A stretch of 64,000 nt of DNA from IMG/VR virus record IMGVR_UViG_3300035182_002586, positions 464,958-528,957 of that record; one strand, 5' to 3'. The translations under genes and the position numbers were made by a program. Under the pieces are notes generated by a model, which saw only the letters and a program-made list of their open reading frames with translations, had not been told where the DNA came from and did not search any database. How positions within the stretch are numbered: position 1 is the first letter of the stretch; every line of letters begins with the position of its first letter. Below are positions 52,584 through 62,241 of the stretch, piece by piece.

Positions 52584-53564
52584 ATGCCGACCGGTGACCC
52601 TCTCTGCCCTTGCGGTTGCGGTGCGTACCTGAACCAGTGCCGGGGCGCGCCCCAGGACATGATCATCTCGGAAGAGCAGATCGTCCGACTGGGGGAGCAG
52701 ATCGTCCAGATGCAGGACAGGTCCGTCCTCGAACACCTGTGGGACGAACAGCCGGTCGTCTCTCGACCCCAAGAGGTTGTTGCCCTCATACAGCGCCTCA
52801 TCGAGCAGGGGATCCCCTTCGCGATCGGCGCCGACGGGCAGCTCGAAGCCATCCCCGCCGTCCCACGAATTGCCGGCATGGACCTCACCCCGACCGCGGG
52901 CACACGATCCGGCCCCATCTCGATGGGAACCCGCGTAGGCGCCGACCTGGGGGTCGATCAGGGGACGCACATCATCGGGTACGCGATGGCGCCGACCCCC
53001 AGCGACGGCCTTGTCTCCGTGAGCTTCCCCTCGACCGGACCGTGGGGCGAGCTGACCGAAGAGGAGCAGCGGCTCCTGGACGAGGCGGGCCTAGTCGAGG
53101 ATCTGCCACAGGCTCCCAGCCAGGACGAGCTGGATCGCCTCCGAAGTCTCACGGCACGTCTACGCATCGCCGCAGGGGAGCACGAGGAGCCTTCTGATCT
53201 ACCCCCCGAGATGTACACGACCCTCCGCGACATGTTCCCTGCGGCCGTACCAGCCGGCGCACCCCTCGTCTGGAACGGCACCTCCTGGTCGGGCGGCGCT
53301 GGCCCCATCCCCGAAACGGACGAGATGAGGCGCATCCAGCTCATCGGGGAGGTGGTCAACCGCATCCTCGCCCCCAACGCCCCCGACGCGCTCCGGGCCT
53401 CGGTCACATCGCTCTTCATCACGTCCGATCACCAAGTCGAGGAGTTCGAGGAGCACCTGCGCACCATCCGGCGCTACACACACCTCACCACGGCCGCCCC
53501 CGAGCCCGAACCGGCCCCGGAACCGGCACTTTCCCTGTGGGAACGCCTCGGAGAGGACGAATAG
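52584..53564 (+). CDS. Hypothetical acidic/Pro-rich protein ending LWERLGEDE
   Basis: 326 aa; N-terminal CPCGCG; shared C-terminal motif. Confidence 0.65.
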   Translation: MPTGDPLCPCGCGAYLNQCRGAPQDMIISEEQIVRLGEQIVQMQDRSVLEHLWDEQPVVSRPQEVVALIQRLIEQGIPFAIGADGQLEAIPAVPRIAGMDLTPTAGTRSGPISMGTRVGADLGVDQGTHIIGYAMAPTPSDGLVSVSFPSTGPWGELTEEEQRLLDEAGLVEDLPQAPSQDELDRLRSLTARLRIAAGEHEEPSDLPPEMYTTLRDMFPAAVPAGAPLVWNGTSWSGGAGPIPETDEMRRIQLIGEVVNRILAPNAPDALRASVTSLFITSDHQVEEFEEHLRTIRRYTHLTTAAPEPEPAPEPALSLWERLGEDE

Positions 53565-54533
53565 GGCTCAAATTCGCCCCTCTGGGCCTGTTTCCCATGC
53601 GGACCGGGCCGGATCGCGTCCGCGATGGCTTCCTGTGGGTCCGAAGGGCCGCAATTCCCGATGGATCGGCGCCCTCCCCACGCTGTAGTGAGGGGCATGA
53701 GCACGGATCCCAACTGCGAACGCTACCACCGAAGCCCGGGCGTGCTGTCCCGCCGCTTCCGCTGTGGCGGCTGCAAGCGTCTGGTGTGCTCCAAGTGCTG
53801 CACGCGCGGCGGGCGGGGACAGGGGCAAGGGTCCACGCGATGGGCCGAGTGCTTCGACTGCCAGGCGACGCGTGAAGCGAAGATGTCCAACCGGAAGCAC
53901 TGAGGCACCACCATGACTCGTAAGCCCACGCGCAGGCGTACCCCCAAGGCAGTCCCCGCTCCGGTCACCCTCCCGAAGGGCTCCCTCTCCGTGGACGGTT
54001 ACTCCTACACGAGCGTGAAGGGGCGCGTCTTCACCCTCGGCCCCATCGAGCATGAGGAGCGGTGGCCGGGCGACCCCCTGTGGTCGGATACCATCCAAGT
54101 CCTGCTCGACGGCGAGCCTGCCGGCAAGCTGTTCCAGAGCGAGTCCTACGGCAAGACCGCGAACGACGAGCCCCGCTGGAACGCCAGCCTGAACGGCCTG
54201 CGCATGAAGCTCCTCAAGTGGGGCGAGAGCACGCCGTACGGCATCGGATTCGATGTCGCCGCCTTCGACACCATGGAGGAATGCCTCCACGCTTGGAGCC
54301 GGAGCGCAGACGGCCTCCTCGACTGGCGTGAGGCGAATCCGCTGGTGTAGTCCCTCTTGTGGGAAGGGCGAAAGTGATGTCCTACTCGTACGACTTGAGG
54401 TAGGCCATCTGGACGGGGGAGAACTTCTCTGCGGCAAGGGCGAGAAGGTCATCGAGGGGCTGTTCGGGCTCAAGCGTCGCTAATTCGATCGCGACCGGAT
54501 GGATCGGCGCCACCCTCACGCTGTAGGGGGGAC

Positions 54534-55031
54534 ATGACCACCTCGACGACCTCCACCGAGTCCATGACCGTCCAGGCCGCGCGCGAGCTGTGCTACGAGC
54601 TGGTCCGCACGCTCCTCACCGACCGCGGCCGCCAGACCATCAAGGCGCGCGTCGAGACGACCGAAGAAGTCGCCGCTGTCTTCGAGAACGGCCGCTATGT
54701 CCAGCGCCGCGTCGAGTCGGGCCGCATCATCTTCGAGGGTGGCCTCACGGGCTCGCACGCACTGGAGCTGAGCGTCTCGTCCGAAGCCCGCGTGCGCACC
54801 CACTTCGAGGGCTACTGCGAGAACAACGGCTGCTTCAAGCCGAGCGTTGGCCAGAAGGTCGACTTCCCCTCCGGCTCGGCCCGCTCCGGCTGGCGCACCG
54901 GTCGCGTCGTCAAGGTCGGCACCAAGCGCGCCGTGGTGGCGTTCACCTACAAGCACGGCGGCGAGAGCACGGCGACCGTGAGCTTCGACAAGCTCCGCAT
55001 GTACGTTCGCAAGATGGGTCCGGTGTCGTGA
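54534..55031 (+). CDS. Hypothetical protein with C-terminal SH3/KOW-like domain
   Basis: After the class I motif at 54498; VGQKV...GRVVKVGTKRAVV. Confidence 0.7.
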   Translation: MTTSTTSTESMTVQAARELCYELVRTLLTDRGRQTIKARVETTEEVAAVFENGRYVQRRVESGRIIFEGGLTGSHALELSVSSEARVRTHFEGYCENNGCFKPSVGQKVDFPSGSARSGWRTGRVVKVGTKRAVVAFTYKHGGESTATVSFDKLRMYVRKMGPVS

Positions 55032-55776
55032 TGACCACCCTGCTCTACAGCGATGCCGTCCGCTACCTCAAGACGGCCGTACGCGTCCAGGACGCTGCCC
55101 TCACCAAGCTGGCCCTCGACTACTTCAAGGCCAACAACGTCACGAGCCGCGAAGCCTACCGCATCGCCCTCGCGGGCGACCCCTCCCTCACCTGGGATGA
55201 GTGGACCGATCTTCTCGCGCGCGCTGGAGTCCAGTTGCCGTGAGAGACGCCTGGTGAACCATGATGGTCTCCGCCATCATGGTTCACCAGGGCCTCCAGT
55301 CCGCCAGCCGCAGCACATGCGGGAAAGTTGATCAAAAGATGGAAATTCCCCTCCTCGTCGTCCGGCTCCACTCGACCACACTCCCGGCTGGCCCCGCGCG
55401 CGTCATCGCCCACGTGGCGAACGTCAAAGAGTTCCTCGCCATGCGGACCGACCGGTGGGGAGAGGGGTACGACCCCGCTCTTCGCCTGTGGCAGGGCAAC
55501 GTCCCGGTCGGCGAGATGGCCTGGCTCCCGTGACCCGACACGTTGCCTCTCACGAAGTCTTCGAGGGGGCACTCGTCTTCTGGATGCACGTCCCACGCGG
55601 CGGGTATGGGTTCACCCTCCCCGTGGAAGCCAAGGTCCTGACCCTCAACCCGGCCGGCACGAGGGCCAAGATCGAGGTCACGACGAAAACGGGCCGGAAA
55701 GTCCAGCGGATCGTGGACACCGAGAATCTTCGCTGGCGCTGATGGATCGGGCCCACCCCCACGCGGTAGTGGAGAC

Positions 55777-56259
55777 ATGACCACCACCGAGAGCTTCGTC
55801 GAAGTCGGCAAGAACAAGATCACCTCGTGGGAGACCACGGTGACGGTCGAGCGCACCCCGGCGACCATCGACGACCTCGACTGGAAGTCGCGCTGGTTCA
55901 TGGACGTCGGCAGCCAGATCGCCAAGGTCGAGCGCTGCAAGATCACCCGCACCTTCGAGAAGTCGAGCAACCCGTACGTCGAGACGGGCTTCGAGGTGAC
56001 CTTCCTCTGCGGCGCCAAGGGCTGGATCACGGTCTACCGCGACTACTCCGAGCTGAACGCCCTCGTGGTCGGCACCAAGGGCTACCTCCACGGCCTCGCC
56101 GTGTGGCGCAAGCACCGGAACATCGTCGGCCACTGCGTCCCCTGGTTCACGGCGCAGATGGGCGACCGCAAGCGCCTGAACGCCAACACCGCCCCCCGGT
56201 GCTGCGCCGCCGAGCTGTACGCCCGCGCCGCCGGCAAGCCGTGGGGCACCACGGTCTGA
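55777..56259 (+). CDS. Hypothetical protein
   Basis: After the class I motif at 55741; RBS GGAG. Confidence 0.7.
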   Translation: MTTTESFVEVGKNKITSWETTVTVERTPATIDDLDWKSRWFMDVGSQIAKVERCKITRTFEKSSNPYVETGFEVTFLCGAKGWITVYRDYSELNALVVGTKGYLHGLAVWRKHRNIVGHCVPWFTAQMGDRKRLNANTAPRCCAAELYARAAGKPWGTTV

Positions 56260-56379
56260 AAGGACCTCGGAACAATACGTCCGTGGGACCGAAGAAGACC
56301 TGCCCGGCGACGTGCAGATGCGCATGTACCGCGCCCCCCCACGGATGGATCGGCGCCCACCCCGCACGGTAGTATCCCC

Positions 56380-56709
56380 ATGCCGAACCTGATCGTCACC
56401 AACGACAAGGGCCGCAGCTTCACCGTCCGCATCGTCCGGAAGGGCGACCGCTACGGGCTCAACGACTGCCTCACCCACAACAAGGCCGAACCCCTCGTCG
56501 AGTTCTACGACCTCACCTACACGAAGAACTTCGGCCCCCTCGGGCAGTTCGTCTCCCGCTACTACCTCGATACCATCGCCGACATCCCCCTCGGCCAAGG
56601 CATCGACCTCATGGGCTACGAGCCCGTGTGGAAGATCGATGGCCCCACCATGCAGACCGTCATCGAGCACGCCCGGCGCACCCGCCGCGAGCTTGGGGCC
56701 GTCCGGTGA
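56380..56709 (+). CDS. Conserved-looking phage protein (GDRYG..CL...PLVEFYD...GQFVSRYY)
   Basis: After the class I motif at 56344. Confidence 0.7.
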   Translation: MPNLIVTNDKGRSFTVRIVRKGDRYGLNDCLTHNKAEPLVEFYDLTYTKNFGPLGQFVSRYYLDTIADIPLGQGIDLMGYEPVWKIDGPTMQTVIEHARRTRRELGAVR

Positions 56710-57180
56710 AGCGCAAGCCCACCTGGAAGCAGGACACGCCACGGATGCAGACCGTCGCCTGCGTCATGAGCGCCCAAGGCGACCTCCTGAACCTCCTCGC
56801 CGGCCACAGCCCCAACCCGAAGCTCGCCATGGAGCGAGCCCTCGGCTTCCTCACCGAAGCACAGGAGATCCTCCGGCACTTCGTCCCCGAAGGGGAGTGG
56901 CCGAAGGATGGCTAGCAGACGCAGGGAGGCTCCTTGTAGCGTCCAGGGTCGGACCGGACGAGTCCCTCCGCGTCCGCGGTGGAAACCAGCGCCACAGCGC
57001 CCGCCTAGCAGACCGTAGGCGGAGTCGGGCCGGGAGCGAAGAGGGGTCGTTGAAGCACCACCTGACCCACAACCTTGGCCTTCGCCCCCTCACGCTCCGG
57101 CACCTCGACCACATCGGTCACCTGCTCGACGCGACCATCCGTAAGCAGCCGAACATCTGTACGCCCACCCGGTACACCGT

Positions 57181-58074
57181 TCAGCACTTCAGGTGCTCCT
57201 CCGCCTCCGCCATCCGGTACGGCCGCCCGCACCGCCGGCAGTGCCAGAACCACTCGCCCGGCTGGAGCCTCCGCCGGTGCGCCCGCTCCAGTTGCCCCTC
57301 CCGGAAGCCCTTCATGTAGTCCGGCGACGTCCCGCCCGGCGTCAGCCCGGCCAGACCGTCCCGCTCCCCCTGGAGGAACCGCAGCCCGGCCACGGCCTCC
57401 GCCTGGTGCGGGTCCCGGTACATCCCGAGACGCTCCGCCGTCAGCTCGTCCACGACCCTCGCCAGACCGGATAAAGTGGTGTTTTGACCCCCGGGCGAAG
57501 CCCCCTGGTCCCCATCGGGATCGCGGGGATCCTCGGGGTTTCCGGGATCCGCAGCCGGAAGGGCCGCAGCGGTCGGCTCGGCCCAATCCGAGTTCCTCCA
57601 GCAGTGAACCTCACGGGTGGCACCACACCCACACGAGCATCCGGGGGGCGGCTCCCCGAAGGGCCCGACCCGAGAAGCTCGCGCCCGCTCGAAGGCCAGG
57701 TCCCGTGCCCGCTCTTCGTCCGAAGGGAGGATACCCGCCTCGCGCATCTCGGCCTCGACGGCCGCCTCGGTCTCCGGGTCCGCCTCGAAGTCCGCGAGGA
57801 GCCGCTCCCGGGCCATCTGCTGTTCGGGGGTGACCCACCCCTCGGGCGATGGGATCCCTTCCCCTAGCGCCGCTCCGAGGGCGAGACGGGCCAGCTTGAG
57901 GGCACCCTCCGCCCGCCGATGGTAGATGGTGTGCTGCTGGTCGCTCCCCTCCCGCGTCACGCCGTAGGTCGCGACCCCGCGCTCGTCCTCGGTCACGTGG
58001 ACCACGCGCACGGTCTCGACGACACGAGGCGCCTCCCCGCTCGCGGGTAGCACCTCGATCCGGATCCTCAGCAT
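57181..58074 (-). CDS. Hypothetical protein
   Basis: 297 aa; GGTGTA upstream (about 58085). Confidence 0.55.
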   Translation of the reverse strand: MLRIRIEVLPASGEAPRVVETVRVVHVTEDERGVATYGVTREGSDQQHTIYHRRAEGALKLARLALGAALGEGIPSPEGWVTPEQQMARERLLADFEADPETEAAVEAEMREAGILPSDEERARDLAFERARASRVGPFGEPPPGCSCGCGATREVHCWRNSDWAEPTAAALPAADPGNPEDPRDPDGDQGASPGGQNTTLSGLARVVDELTAERLGMYRDPHQAEAVAGLRFLQGERDGLAGLTPGGTSPDYMKGFREGQLERAHRRRLQPGEWFWHCRRCGRPYRMAEAEEHLKC

Positions 58075-58550
58075 GGGGACGGTCTACACCGGGTCGGGCC
58101 AGACCGTGCGGGGCTCCCCGGGCCGGACCACCTCGCACCGGGCCGGGGCAGGAGGAAGGTCCGGAACTCCCGGGTCATGTCCACCCGCTCGATGCCCACA
58201 TCCAGGCCGAGCGAATCCGCCTGCGCGTGCGCCCGCTCCCGAGCCGCTCGGTACTTCCGGGTCCCCTCCGGCGTCGTGGTCCAGTCCATGGCCGTTCTAC
58301 CTTCCATCCGCCAGCTCCCCCGGCGGTGGCTTCTATGTCCAGGTCGGGGCGAAATCCCTCGCCCGAAATTCTCAGAACCCGAGGAGCCGGCTGAGCGCCA
58401 GGCACCAGTGCCAGAGCGACACGGGCGAGTCCAGCCCCCGGACCACCCTGCGGGTCACCCGCAGGGTCACCCGCAGGGTCACCACGGCCGCAGTCCGGGG
58501 CTCGATGCCCCGGTCGTACGGCACGTCCACCGTCCAGCCCCCGGCGTCCA

Positions 58551-58922
58551 TCAGCCGAAGATCCCACCGTCGTAGAAGGTGCCGTCCTCGTCCGCCTTCT
58601 TCTCGGCGGCGATCTCTTCGGCTGCGCCATCGGCGTACGCCTCCGAGCCGTACATCGGCCACGTCGGCGTCCAGTGGGCCGACCCTTCCGGACGCTCCCC
58701 ACGGGCCAGGCGACGACGCACGGCCGGAACGCAACGGGCCGCCGCCTCCGCCGAACCGAAGCTGCGCTGCGACAGCCAACGCTCCCCGTTCGGGGCCTCG
58801 ACCATCACGAAGTACACCTCGACCTCGCGACGCTCCCCATCCTCCGGATGACGCGGACCCCACGCCAGTCGGGAAGTCGGGCCCACGTGCCACTCACCAG
58901 CCGAAGTCGTCAGGGTCGCCAT
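58551..58922 (-). CDS. Hypothetical protein (MATLTTSAGEW...)
   Basis: ATG at 58922 after the minus class I motif at 58951. Confidence 0.65.
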   Translation of the reverse strand: MATLTTSAGEWHVGPTSRLAWGPRHPEDGERREVEVYFVMVEAPNGERWLSQRSFGSAEAAARCVPAVRRRLARGERPEGSAHWTPTWPMYGSEAYADGAAEEIAAEKKADEDGTFYDGGIFG

Positions 58923-59215
58923 GTCCCTCCTACAGCGCGGGCCGGGTCGAGATCCATCCACGACCGGACGCTTCCGGGGCCGGCGTACGGGCGGGTGCGA
59001 TAACGCAATGCGTCGGGGATCGTGTCCGTCGGGACCGGATCCCCGACCGGAAAATCGACAGGGGCGGACCGGCTGGATTTCCGGGCTGGCATGGTCATTG
59101 ACCGTGCCATTACCGTTCGTGGCCGGATCCGCCAACGGTCGTGATCGGGTTTGGCACTTGGTGATCCATACCCCATATAAGCGACGCGTGCGTCATCGGG
59201 AACCCCCTAGCCCCG

Positions 59216-59370
59216 GATCAGGTCCGATCAGGTCCGATCAGGTCAGGTCCGATCAGGTCAGGTCAGGTCCGATCAGGTCCGATCAGGTCAGGTCCGATCA
59301 GGTCCGATCAGGTCAGGTCCGATCAGGTCCGGTCAGGTCCGGTCAGGTCCGGTCAGGTCCGGTCAGGTCG
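59216..59370. repeat. Array of 31 in-register pentamers (GATCA/GGTCC/GGTCA) with 9 GATC sites
   Basis: Read directly; non-coding, lies between the 58551-58922 gene/promoter and the stop of 59465-60352. Confidence 0.97.
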
Positions 59371-59397
59371 GGGGCTTCGCCAGGACCGGACTGTGTG

Positions 59398-59435
59398 TTG
59401 AGCACCCACCCTTGAGCACCCACCCTTGAGCACCC
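59398..59435. repeat. 14-bp direct repeats TTGAGCACCCACCC x2 plus partial (iteron-like)
   Basis: 59398-59411, 59412-59425, partial 59426-59435. Confidence 0.9.
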
Positions 59436-59464
59436 GGTCTGGCTGAGGCCATGGCGGGACAACT

Positions 59465-60352
59465 TCACCCTTCGGTGAGTGTCTTGGCCGTCTCCAGTCC
59501 TTTCGGGGTGGGCTGCCAGAAGCGCTTACCGCCAAGGGAGCGTTTGGAGACGAGGCCCGCCTTGGTGAGGTCATAGAGGGCGTTGAAGGCGACCGTGTAG
59601 TCGACGCCTAGAGAGCGAGCGACCCAAGCGCACCGGACGGGTGCTTGAGCGGCCACGAGGACTTTGAGGACGGTCTCTGAGCGTCGGAGGGGGACGTCTT
59701 TGGGGAGGTAGTTGCGCGGCTGTTCTAAACCCACGACGAAGTGTCCGAGGGCGATGGGCCAGCCGGGCCAGTGGTTTCCGTAGAAGCGGCGGGGGTTGCC
59801 GGGTGCCCGTGAGTCGAGGAGTCCGGTGTCGTACCTTTCGAACCAGTCATCTTGGTCACGGATGCCGATGTCTCGGGCGTACTGTGTGCACTGGTTGAGG
59901 GTGAACTTCCCGATGGGTTCGATGGGTTCGGGAGCTTCTTCGGGGGGTGGTTTCACGAAGCCAGCTCGGGCATCTGCGATCCACTGCAACAGGTCGGGCC
60001 CCATGGTGAACCACTCGCCTCCGACCCTGAGGTGTTTGAACCGGGCGTGGATGGCGTGTTCTTGGTCAGACTGTGGGAGTACGAGGAGAAGGAAGACGGG
60101 GTAGGGGGTGTTGGTTCGGACCGTGCTCATCCGTGACCGAACGTCTTTAGCGACGCCGATCTTGATGCGATCGAGACAGAGGATGGCGTAGACACCTGGA
60201 GTGACGGGCGGGAGGAGCGGTGGGAGGTCGAATCCCTTCTCGATGAGGATGTCTCGTCCGTCCCGCACCCCGGAGATGGACGGGGGGTGTGGGAGGGGGG
60301 CGAGTGTCTGAACGTAGGGGCGTTTCCGTCGAGCGAGGGCGCGGGCCTGCAT
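59465..60352 (-). CDS. T5orf172/GIY-YIG-like + integrase-repeat-like unit + winged-HTH protein
   Basis: GVYAI...IKIGVAKDVRSRM...EHAIHARF..LRVGGEWF; ARDIGIRDQDDW...PGNP..FY...WPGW..ALG; C-terminal VARSLGV...LY.L.KAGLV. Confidence 0.8.
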   Translation of the reverse strand: MQARALARRKRPYVQTLAPLPHPPSISGVRDGRDILIEKGFDLPPLLPPVTPGVYAILCLDRIKIGVAKDVRSRMSTVRTNTPYPVFLLLVLPQSDQEHAIHARFKHLRVGGEWFTMGPDLLQWIADARAGFVKPPPEEAPEPIEPIGKFTLNQCTQYARDIGIRDQDDWFERYDTGLLDSRAPGNPRRFYGNHWPGWPIALGHFVVGLEQPRNYLPKDVPLRRSETVLKVLVAAQAPVRCAWVARSLGVDYTVAFNALYDLTKAGLVSKRSLGGKRFWQPTPKGLETAKTLTEG

Positions 60353-60725
60353 CGTGGGCGGGCCGGTACACCGAGGGTTTCGGTGTAGTCCCTACGACAT
60401 GACGGACCTTTCCGAACCCGCACTCACGAAGCCTCTGGTCGACGCTCTCTGCCTGGCCTACACGGGATCGATCCACGAGGGGCTGAACCACGTGTCCGGT
60501 ATCAAACCCAATCTCGCAATCGAAGCGAGCACGATCGACGCCCTGTGGCAGCTTGGCTACATCGAGCCTGCTGAGCGGCGGGGGTACTACGAAGAGGACT
60601 GGGGTAGGCCCTGGGCCCTGACGGACTCCGGGGCTGACTACCTCCAGACCTTCCATCCGGAGGTAGTCAAGCAGAGCTTGAGGGAGAACCCGATCGACTA
60701 GTTCCCCGGTGTACGGGGGGGTCCT

Positions 60726-61256
60726 ATGAAGCGTCCCTACACCTTCCTGCTGAATTTCGGGTACGCGGAGAGCGGGGGCCTTTCGTTCCTACCCTGGACA
60801 TCGCGGGTAACGTTCTCGACGGCTCGGGAGGCCCTGGTGGATCTGGCGACGTACCTTCGGGACGTGTACGTCTCGAAGTCGGTGCGTGAGCCTCGTGCTT
60901 GCTGTGTGGGGAGTCGGGAGAAGGATCCGGGGGCGCAGTTCTGCCACAAGTGTGGGCGTGTGCTTGCCGAGGTGGAGTTCGACCCCGAGGCGTTCATGCA
61001 GTGGGTGTCGGAGATCGGCGTGTGCGACACCGATACGTTCCACGGGGACTACATCGAGTGGGACGATGAGGCGCGGTGGGAGGCTGGTGTGCTGGAGGGT
61101 GCTCTCGTGAAGGGGGGCGGTGGGGCGCGCATCGTGTACACGGCGGAGAAGGTGCTGGCGGCGGCGATTGGGCACAGTCCGGACGAACGTGTGACGATCG
61201 AGAGCATTTTCGAGGCGCGCACGAAGTCGGGGTCGAGCCACTTCTCGTTCTGGTGA
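60726..61256 (+). CDS. Hypothetical protein with zinc ribbon (CC...FCHKCG)
   Basis: 176 aa; GGTGTA upstream. Confidence 0.65.
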   Translation: MKRPYTFLLNFGYAESGGLSFLPWTSRVTFSTAREALVDLATYLRDVYVSKSVREPRACCVGSREKDPGAQFCHKCGRVLAEVEFDPEAFMQWVSEIGVCDTDTFHGDYIEWDDEARWEAGVLEGALVKGGGGARIVYTAEKVLAAAIGHSPDERVTIESIFEARTKSGSSHFSFW

Positions 61257-61269
61257 GATTGGGGGGTCG

Positions 61270-61294
61270 GGCCCCCTCAATGGCTGAGGGGGCC
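61270..61294. terminator. 10-bp perfect hairpin between convergent genes
   Basis: ggccccctca-atggc-tgagggggcc. Confidence 0.6.
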
Positions 61295-61902
61295 GATCGA
61301 GGTGTTCTTCGTGTTGCCCCGACTCTGCGGTGTTCCCGCTCTGCCTCACGGTTGTGGGATCGCGGGGAGGGCGATCTGTGGTGGGGCCGGAGTGGCGGCC
61401 CATGAGGGGGGGTGTACGCAGCTTACTCGCGGTCGAGGTCCTCTTTCAGAGCCCACGCTTCGGCCGTGGACCACTTGATGTAGGCTTCGGTACGCTTGAA
61501 GTCGTCGGGGGGTCCGAGGTCTTGGACCTTGTAGGCTTCGGGGCAGGTGTCGCAGGCGACGCCATCCACGGTGCCGGTCATGGCGTTGCAGCAGTTGTTG
61601 CCGCAGCGTGGACACCTGACGAAGGGGCCGCAGTTCACGCAGATCTCCCATTGGAAGTCTTGGGGTGCGGTCATCGGAGTGCCCTTGCTTCCCACGCTTC
61701 GGCGAGTCGGATGAGGAAGGGGCAGAGACGTTCGGGGGCCTTCTTTGCTTCCTCGACGGCGTAGGCGCGCTCTTGCGAGCCGGTGGGGCTTGGGACGTAC
61801 TGGAAGGGGCCGGGGGGGCCGACCAGCGAGTGTGCGAGGTGCTGGCGGCCTTCGTCGGTCGTCAGGAGGGCGGCGACGGCTTCGTCTTTGGTCATGGTCG
61901 GC

Positions 61903-62241
61903 CTAGAGGTCGGGGTCGTCTGAGATCCGGTCCCAGACGGACGGCGGCTGCGGGGAGTAGGCGGCATGGTCGAGGTAGCGCAGGGCATCCATCCCCTTGC
62001 TTGGCCCCTCGAACTTCTTGCGGAAGAGCTGTGCGGTCTCCGAGGGTTCGTAGAGGGCGGAGGTCAGGAGGGACCAGGAGGCGTCGCAGGTTCCGCAGTG
62101 GACGACGTAGGCCGACTTGGGACCTTCGCACCCCGGGGTGAAGGAATCGGAGTCGAAGTGCAGCCGGAGGCCCGTGTGCCGTTGGTCCCGTTGGTGGGAG
62201 GTGACGGCGCGGAACCAGGGCTCGACGCGTTCGTGTTTCAT
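61903..62241 (-). CDS. Hypothetical protein ending VWDRISDDPDL
   Basis: ATG 62241; CxxC; shared C-terminal motif. Confidence 0.65.
   Translation of the reverse strand: MKHERVEPWFRAVTSHQRDQRHTGLRLHFDSDSFTPGCEGPKSAYVVHCGTCDASWSLLTSALYEPSETAQLFRKKFEGPSKGMDALRYLDHAAYSPQPPSVWDRISDDPDL

Noticed and set aside
58921-59415. ORF with SGPIRSDQVR repeats
   Set aside because: It is a translation of the pentamer array, lacks an RBS, and overlaps a minus-strand promoter motif
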